Assembly (NCBI GenBank): GCA_040767805.1
Contig: JAXGNU010000002.1
Location: forward strand, 96,001-160,000
DNA from: Thermovirgaceae bacterium
GTDB lineage: Bacteria; Synergistota; Synergistia; Synergistales; Thermovirgaceae
DNA: 64,000 nt
Direction of reading: 5' to 3'
Notes under the pieces: generated by a model
Told to the model about the DNA's origin: nothing
Databases searched by the model: none
What the model saw: only the letters and a program-made list of their open reading frames with translations
Program-made: the position numbers and the translations under genes
Part shown: one piece after another, positions 58,037-64,000 of the stretch
Numbering within the stretch: the stretch's first letter is position 1
How the letters are laid out: each line of letters begins with the position of its first letter

Positions 58037-58564
58037 GTGTCAAGGCCGAAACGGGGCTTCACCCTGGTAGAGATCCTCCTCACGATACTGATCATAGGCA
58101 TCCTCGCCGGGAACCTGCTGCTGACCTCGGGCATCTCGAGGGATCGGTCCGCCGCGACGAGGATCGTCTCGGACCTGATGACCCTCAAGAGAACGGCCAT
58201 GCTGTTCTTCTCCGATAACGACCGCTGGCCCGGCGAAAGCGACTACGACAGGCTCAACGCCTACATGAGCGGCCACATCCAACTCCAGGCCTGGGACGAG
58301 GATTCGGGGGTCTACGCCATCAGGAAGCACGAGTCCCGGGGTACGGTCTACGCCGCCGCGAGGGTGGCCGACGAATTCGGCGGTTCGCCCCGCATAAGGG
58401 AGTTCCTGGAAAGGGACTCATCAGAGTACGGCCTCCTTAACGGAGATCTGCAGCCCTATCGCGCCGACCCCGTCGTGGCGGTGAGGATAAAGGACATCGC
58501 GCCGGGGTCCGACGAAGACGGAGAGGATAATCCCTCCGTGCCGGAAGGCCCCGGCGGCCCTTGA
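58037..58564 (+). CDS. Type IV pilin-like protein (prepilin N-terminal cleavage/methylation motif)
   Basis: KRG|FTLVEILLTILIIGILAG class III signal with Glu5; GGGAGG RBS; ends in an acidic/Pro linker. Confidence 0.88.
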   Translation: MSRPKRGFTLVEILLTILIIGILAGNLLLTSGISRDRSAATRIVSDLMTLKRTAMLFFSDNDRWPGESDYDRLNAYMSGHIQLQAWDEDSGVYAIRKHESRGTVYAAARVADEFGGSPRIREFLERDSSEYGLLNGDLQPYRADPVVAVRIKDIAPGSDEDGEDNPSVPEGPGGP

Positions 58565-58693
58565 CGGGGTTCCAGGTCGGATACCGGCGGCGATACCGTT
58601 ATTTATGACGGGAAGCAGTACAAGGCTAAATGGTACGTTGACCCCGGGGAGGACCCGCCGGGGTCATCCGGTGCCTGGGAGTTGATCCCTTGA
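58565..58693 (+). other. In-frame CBM5/12 (ChtBD3-like) domain after the pilin TGA
   Basis: 42 codons RGSRSDTGGDTVIYDGKQYKAKWYVDPGEDPPGSSGAWELIP, then TGA at 58691-58693. Confidence 0.8.
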
Positions 58694-58718
58694 GCATTAC
58701 CCCTGGGGAGGAACTGGA

Positions 58719-59225
58719 ATGGCTACGGTGATCGCCGTCTGCGCCGGCGAGGACCGGCAGAAACCCAAGAGGGCCCTCGAAGCGGCCTGCTTCGTCGAGG
58801 GGATGGGCATCGCCGGCGACGGGCATTTCGGGATGGGGGATCGCCAGGTTAGCCTCCTCCGGTCCGAGGACGTGGCCCTGGCGGAGGCCGAGGCTGGTTT
58901 CCCCTTCCCCCCGGGTTCCCTGGCGGAGAACCTCGTGGTCCGAGGGCTGCCGTCGGAACTGGCTCCCGGGTCACTGCTTTGGGTAGGGGCCGAGGTAGTC
59001 CTGGAAGTGGTCGAAAAGGGGAAAAGGCCCGGTGAGCCCCACTCCTACGACTACCGAGGGTGGTGCCTCCTGCCGACGGCGGGTTACTTCCTGAAGGTAT
59101 TGACCGGCGGCGGGGTGAGCCCCGGCGACACCGTGGTCCTGGAGGTAAAGCACCTTAAGGCCTTAAGGGAGGATCCTGCCCCCTCGAAGCCGCGGGCCTC
59201 GGGCAGGTCAGGGCGCGCCGGGTGA
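58719..59225 (+). CDS. MOSC domain protein
   Basis: GIAGDGH, RQVSLL, PGSLAENL, GGVSPGD. Confidence 0.88.
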   Translation: MATVIAVCAGEDRQKPKRALEAACFVEGMGIAGDGHFGMGDRQVSLLRSEDVALAEAEAGFPFPPGSLAENLVVRGLPSELAPGSLLWVGAEVVLEVVEKGKRPGEPHSYDYRGWCLLPTAGYFLKVLTGGGVSPGDTVVLEVKHLKALREDPAPSKPRASGRSGRAG

Positions 59226-60068
59226 AGCGGCACGGGTCAGCCCCTCGATGAAAAGCGCCGTCTCCGCAGCGCCGCCCAGCCGGTAGGTCGCCAAGGTCCC
59301 CCTGTCAGTTCCCGCTTCGGCGACGATGACACCCGCCCCCCTACCCGCGACGGCCCTGAAACCGTCCTCGTCGGTGATATCGTCCCCCACGTAGAGGGCG
59401 AAGGAATTGGCTGGGGTCATCCCGAGGCGGTCCAGGAGCCATAGGACGGCGGAACCCTTGTTCCATTCCATGCCGGGCAGCACTTCCACGGCTTTCTTGT
59501 CGGGCCTCGCCCTCAAGCTTCCTACGCCGGCGGCCGCCTCCTCGACGAGAGAGATCAGCGAGCCCACGTCCTCCTTGGCCACGAGCCTGTAATGAACCGT
59601 CAAGCAGAACCGTTTCCTCTGGAGGATTGCGCCGGGGAAACCGTCCAGGATCCTTTCAAAGCGTTCACCCGCCTCTTCCAGGGCATGGGCGTACTCCTCC
59701 CCCGTCCGGAAGGCGACGCCGCTCCCGGGGGGACCGGTTATCTCGAAACCGTGGCATCCGGAGTAAAAAAGGTCCGGAAGTCCCACTCTCATCCGGATAT
59801 CCTCCAGGCCTCTCCCCGTCACGACGGCCACGGCGGCGACCCTTGAAAGGGCTTCCAGCCTCGACCTCATGGCCGGGTCAAGGTAAGCCTCGTAGGGGTC
59901 CTTCACAATAGGGGTTAGAGTGCCGTCGAAATCGAAGGCTGCAAAAAGCCGCCTTCCCCGGGCGGCTTCCTCGATGAGTCCCATGCTATCCAGCGCCGGC
60001 GGGAGCCTGCACGGCAAGGCGCCGGAGGATTCTCCCTTCATGGCGGACGGCCTGCCGGTCTCACCCAT
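59208..60068 (-). CDS. otsB: Trehalose-6-phosphate phosphatase (HAD)
   Basis: FDFDGTLTPIV, VTGR, GCHGFEI, WNKGSA, YVGDDITDEDGF. Start could be 60041. Confidence 0.92.
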   Translation of the reverse strand: MGETGRPSAMKGESSGALPCRLPPALDSMGLIEEAARGRRLFAAFDFDGTLTPIVKDPYEAYLDPAMRSRLEALSRVAAVAVVTGRGLEDIRMRVGLPDLFYSGCHGFEITGPPGSGVAFRTGEEYAHALEEAGERFERILDGFPGAILQRKRFCLTVHYRLVAKEDVGSLISLVEEAAAGVGSLRARPDKKAVEVLPGMEWNKGSAVLWLLDRLGMTPANSFALYVGDDITDEDGFRAVAGRGAGVIVAEAGTDRGTLATYRLGGAAETALFIEGLTRAASPGAP

Positions 60069-60531
60069 TCTGCTTCCCCGTCATCTCCTCGATATCGACC
60101 CTGATGATCACTATCCTCGCCAGGGCCTGGGCCGGGAACTCGTACTCCTTCCCCGTGTAGTGCCCCATGATGAGGTTCATCCCGCGGACTTTTTCATCGG
60201 GTTCCCTCAGGATTTCGGCCCTCCCCCAGGCGATCACGCTCTTGTAGTACATGGAGAAATCGCAGGCCTCCTGGGCGTACTTCATCTGCAGGTCCGCCTC
60301 GAACTCGAGGCAGACATAGGGGTTTTTCCCGATGACGTCAAGTTTTCTCCCCTCCGAGGCGCAGTGCATGTATACCTTGCCCTCGTGGTAACCGAAGTTC
60401 ATGGGCACCACGTAGGGCCTGTCTCCGTCACACAAACCCATCCTGCATACGGAAGACCCCCTTATGATCTTCTCCATCGTCGCCAGGTCCTTTATCTCCC
60501 TTTCCTTCCTTCGCATCTCCTTAACCCCCAT
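60061..60531 (-). CDS. Pyridoxamine 5'-phosphate oxidase-like (NimA-type) flavin-binding protein
   Basis: MRRKEREI, PYVVPMNF, HCASEGRK, YKSVIAWG, MTGK. Confidence 0.9.
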   Translation of the reverse strand: MGVKEMRRKEREIKDLATMEKIIRGSSVCRMGLCDGDRPYVVPMNFGYHEGKVYMHCASEGRKLDVIGKNPYVCLEFEADLQMKYAQEACDFSMYYKSVIAWGRAEILREPDEKVRGMNLIMGHYTGKEYEFPAQALARIVIIRVDIEEMTGKQNG

Positions 60532-61185
60532 TTATCAAGGAAAAGATTTTTCACAGCCCGACGCCTTACAATTTAACACGATCAGACACCCCCTTAAAAG
60601 GCTCAATTGAAGAACCCGACAGGGAGTAACAGGTTCCGCTGTCATCCGGGGCCTCGAGGCCTGCACGAGCAAGGGGTCTTAACCCCGGTCCCGAGAGAAG
60701 GTGCTGACAGGGATGGCTGAAATGGCTTTCGCGCCGACGCTTGTATCGGCAGTGGACATGATCGCCTTGTCGGCTGCACAAAAGGATGCGGCCCGTTGCG
60801 AAACCCAAAGGGCCCCGCGATAAAGGCGGCCAGGCAGGCTCTGGAATATCGAGAGCGAAATGTCCATGATCATCAACCCCATGCACAGTTCGAACCTGAG
60901 ACATCTTGACCAGCCGGTTGCCCAGGGTCTGTCTGTGGATTATCGGTATTTTGGCGGTACCCTGCCTGTTCCCCTCCCAAGGTATGCTCTTGAGGTCCGG
61001 CACAGAATACCCTTGTGCCTTTCATCGTATTCCCCCGGGGACAATAAATACTCCCACTCTTGTCTTGGAAAACTACAATTGCAAGCTCCTGTGCACTATT
61101 GATTTTTTTTGCGATGAATATTTATACTGTTAACAGGTGGAACAAAAAGTACTTTCACGAACCTACCAATGGGAGGTGAGCTCTA

Positions 61186-62004
61186 GTGAGATGTCCAGTA
61201 AGAGTAGTATTCATTGCCGTTCTTGTTTCCCTTTTCGCTTTTCCGGCGTTTCCATCCGATGTGCCCGGAAGCAAGGATTACCCTCTTCTGCCCCGGATCA
61301 CGGGTTACTACATAGGAGACTACCAGGAGGTTGAATTCGGTTCACACGACTTTATCGACCCCGAAGGCGACTATCTGACGGTGGAAGGACGCCGTATCCA
61401 GATCGAATACGATATCAACGAGGGGGAGTCACCTCCGGGTGATCTTTTCGTGATAGTGAACTACGAAAGGGCCGCCTCGGGAGAAGGAGGCAGTTTTTAC
61501 CGTCACAGGGAGGATATGACCTACCTGACGCTCCAACAGGACAGCACAGAGACCTGGGCTGAGGTCATGAGCCAGGGTGACGGCCAGACCTATTGGCTGG
61601 TCATCGTCGAAAAGGGAGTGGCTCAACAGCGGATCTCCGCCGATGAAATGGCTCGGACTTTGAAAACCGCAGGAAGGGTATCCCTTTCCATCCATTTTGA
61701 TACCGGCAAGGCTGTCATCAAGACTGAATCACAGGGGATCATCGACGAGATCTTCCAGATGATGACCGAGGATGGCCGGATGAGGCTCAAGGTGGAAGGT
61801 CATACCGATTCAGTCGGGAATGAAGCCGATAACCTCGCGCTTTCGAAGGACCGCGCCATGGCGGTGGTTCAGTCACTTGTAGAAAAGGGTATTGAACCCG
61901 AGCGCCTTGAATACGAGGGTTTTGGAGAATCACGCCCGGTAGCCGACAATGAAACGGCATCCGGAAGGGCTAAAAACCGCAGGGTCGACCTGGTCCTGCT
62001 TTAA
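61186..62004 (+). CDS. OmpA-family peptidoglycan-binding protein with N-terminal periplasmic domain
   Basis: Signal peptide, DVPGSKDYPLLPR, IHFDTGKA, VEGHTD, NLALSKDRA, KNRRVDL. Confidence 0.92.
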   Translation: MRCPVRVVFIAVLVSLFAFPAFPSDVPGSKDYPLLPRITGYYIGDYQEVEFGSHDFIDPEGDYLTVEGRRIQIEYDINEGESPPGDLFVIVNYERAASGEGGSFYRHREDMTYLTLQQDSTETWAEVMSQGDGQTYWLVIVEKGVAQQRISADEMARTLKTAGRVSLSIHFDTGKAVIKTESQGIIDEIFQMMTEDGRMRLKVEGHTDSVGNEADNLALSKDRAMAVVQSLVEKGIEPERLEYEGFGESRPVADNETASGRAKNRRVDLVLL

Positions 62005-62015
62005 GGCCCGACGCT

Positions 62016-63890
62016 ATGATCAACAGGGCAGTTGAACGTATCGCCCTTACGGTCCTGCTCGCTTGCGCTGTACTTATTGGTATTCATTCGGGTGCGCAAG
62101 GAGCACTTCCCGACAGTATTCCCGTGTCGATCCATCTGGAAGCGTCCTGGAACACCGATGAAGGGGATTCCCAACTCTTCGAGACGGGGTCGTGCAGCAT
62201 ACATGTCTCGGGACAGATGGTCAGGAGCGCAGGCGACAGCATCTTTTTTTCCCATTACATCCCTTCGGGCGTCACGGCTTCCTACCGTTACGATGAATCT
62301 ATCATAGCCCGCCCATCCGACGAAGAGAGCGAATGCCGAGGGGAGATAGGCAGGGTTTTTGCTTCCGGTTCCATCGGTGTCGGTTTTGAGCCGGGAACCG
62401 ACAAGGCATCTCTCTTCTTGCAGTCCTTCACCGGCCCGCTTGGGGTCGGCGCATTTCTTCAAGCTACGGCAGACCCGGTTATCCTCGACCCCGAAGGCCT
62501 TATCGAGAGAATGGCGAATGATCCCGACAGGACTGTCTACTCCTTCTTCCTTATGGTCCCGGTTACAGCGTCGGTCGAAGAGGTGAGCGGGTGCGAAACC
62601 CTGTTCACAAAGACCCTTGATCTGGCCCTTGCTGCAAACGCTGTTTCGGAAATGGGCATTACCGGGTTGACCGGCAGTTATTCCTGGGATGCTGAGGATC
62701 CGCCAAAAAGCGGGGCATCTCTTTTCGCGGTCGGGGAAAAGATCCATTACGGTCCGGAACCAGGTACGAAAAAACACGGCAGCGTGACTTTCTCATGGAC
62801 CTTCGGGGAAATTGAACCAGTGGTAGCCCTTTACTGGGTAAAGGAGACCGAAAGGGTCGAATTCACCGGTGAAGAGATCGAGGTAATGGCAGGAAGGAAG
62901 GTAATGCTCGAGGCTGAAGTTTTCCCCCCGGCCGATGAAGCCTCAGCAGGGCAATGGGAGCTCCCGTCCTCTTTTATCGCGGGCCTCGAGGGGTATGACC
63001 GCGGAAACTTCGCCAGGGGTAAGGCTATCCCACTGGCCGAAGGGGATAAACGAAGGAGGCGGATCGAATTCTACTGCCTGGACGGGGCTTTCCAGGGCAA
63101 AGACCAAAAGATAGCTTACGCTGCGACGATAAAGGGGGAAAAGGTCGAAGGGAAAGGGACGGTGAAAGTATTTTCCCCTGAAGCGGACATCGACGTCATC
63201 CCAGAAAAGAGGGTTTCGATAGGGGTCGTTCCCCCGGAGAAAGGATGCTCGGCATACCTCGGAAGGATAGCCCCGCCCTTGTCCATCCCGGGGATAGAGA
63301 TCAAGGGCAAGGCAAGATTCCCGGCCGGTTTCGAAAAGGAAGAGGCGGAACACTCCATCTGCTACGTCCAGTTGCTCAGGGAGAACATCCTCGAAAGGAA
63401 AGGCGGGTTCGGGCAACAGGGGGGGGACTACTTCCAGCTTGTATCGGAGAATTTCTCTCTTGACACAAGGTTCCCCTACGGCGGGCTCGAAGGGAAAGAA
63501 AGCCTTGAAATGAACGACGTTCCCAGCGACGAGATCGGCCCACTGACCCAGAATATCCATCATTTCCAGGATTTCCGCACTACCCTTCTTATAAGGCCCG
63601 GGCCCGACGGGAAGGCCATCTGGCTGCCGATCGAGACCATTCCCTGGTCGTGGCGGTTTTCCCTTGAGAGGGTGAAGGACAATCCAGGGTGGGACGAGAC
63701 CTGTCTGCCCGGGAACTTCAGGATAACCAATACCCGTTTCGTCATTCCAGGAAAAAGAGAAAAGTTCAGCGGAAAGCTGGAGGACGTCCCTTCATGGGAC
63801 AAGGTCCTGGATGGTTCCGAAAAGGCCATGCATCATAATGATGACAACCGATGGCTGGACGATGTCAATACCTTCAGGAAAATAAAATAG
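62016..63890 (+). CDS. Large hypothetical exported protein
   Basis: 624-aa ORF with signal peptide and beta-rich composition, 11 bp downstream of the OmpA gene. Confidence 0.8.
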   Translation: MINRAVERIALTVLLACAVLIGIHSGAQGALPDSIPVSIHLEASWNTDEGDSQLFETGSCSIHVSGQMVRSAGDSIFFSHYIPSGVTASYRYDESIIARPSDEESECRGEIGRVFASGSIGVGFEPGTDKASLFLQSFTGPLGVGAFLQATADPVILDPEGLIERMANDPDRTVYSFFLMVPVTASVEEVSGCETLFTKTLDLALAANAVSEMGITGLTGSYSWDAEDPPKSGASLFAVGEKIHYGPEPGTKKHGSVTFSWTFGEIEPVVALYWVKETERVEFTGEEIEVMAGRKVMLEAEVFPPADEASAGQWELPSSFIAGLEGYDRGNFARGKAIPLAEGDKRRRRIEFYCLDGAFQGKDQKIAYAATIKGEKVEGKGTVKVFSPEADIDVIPEKRVSIGVVPPEKGCSAYLGRIAPPLSIPGIEIKGKARFPAGFEKEEAEHSICYVQLLRENILERKGGFGQQGGDYFQLVSENFSLDTRFPYGGLEGKESLEMNDVPSDEIGPLTQNIHHFQDFRTTLLIRPGPDGKAIWLPIETIPWSWRFSLERVKDNPGWDETCLPGNFRITNTRFVIPGKREKFSGKLEDVPSWDKVLDGSEKAMHHNDDNRWLDDVNTFRKIK

Positions 63891-63914
63891 AACAGGCGCT
63901 GAAAGCTGTCGGGA

Positions 63915-64000
63915 TCAAAAATATCCAATATCAGCAACCCCCATGTACAGGTCGAACCTGTCTTTCGGGAAGTTGAGATCACCCCTTACAACTTCCGATA
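63915..64000 (-). CDS. Possible C-terminus of a convergent gene entering from beyond the window
   Basis: Open frame SEVVRGDLNFPKDRFDLYMGVADIGYF* on the minus strand; too short to assign. Confidence 0.35.
   Translation of the reverse strand, partial: SEVVRGDLNFPKDRFDLYMGVADIGYF

Noticed and set aside
58568..58585. SECIS-like hairpin GGTTCCAGGTCGGATACC after the pilin TGA (selenocysteine recoding)
   Set aside because: It resembles the E. coli fdhF SECIS but starts only 3 nt after UGA instead of ~11, and the codon aligns to Trp, not Cys.
60566..61133. Short ORFs in the gap before the OmpA gene
   Set aside because: Overlapping frames with no motif, RBS or coherent composition; left unannotated.

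Overview
High-GC bacterial chromosomal segment, mostly housekeeping and core metabolism, with about 70 CDSs and one tRNA-Leu(GAG). Firmicutes-type genes (ctsR-mcsA-mcsB-clpC, ylxM-ffh-rpsP-khpA-rimM-trmD-rplS, spoVS, degV) occur together with diderm envelope genes (TolC/MacAB, OmpA, Slt) and a type IV pilin-like gene. This mix suggests a Synergistota genome (inference). No CRISPR array, prophage or intact mobile element was seen. The most notable observations are: (1) a pilin-like gene whose TGA stop sits exactly on the conserved Trp of an in-frame CBM5/12 chitin-binding-type domain that the ORF track misses; (2) a chromosomal XRE repressor plus ImmA/IrrE-type HExxH protease pair, coupled to a radical SAM gene, with its promoter and a palindrome buried in the end of citG; (3) an IS110 remnant with an intact-looking right end, inserted in a palindromic heptamer-repeat element; (4) TrmD fused to a degenerate second SPOUT (Tm1570-like) domain; (5) a His-rich EncFtn-like protein that has lost its ferroxidase ligands; (6) a MoaD-like protein ending in -ESG, coupled to a CBS protein and an ArsB/NhaD-type transporter; (7) a sharply bounded ~950-bp indel-dense zone across two genes; (8) a lower-GC block from ~60.55 kb. 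All family calls come from motif recognition by eye; no database searches were run.
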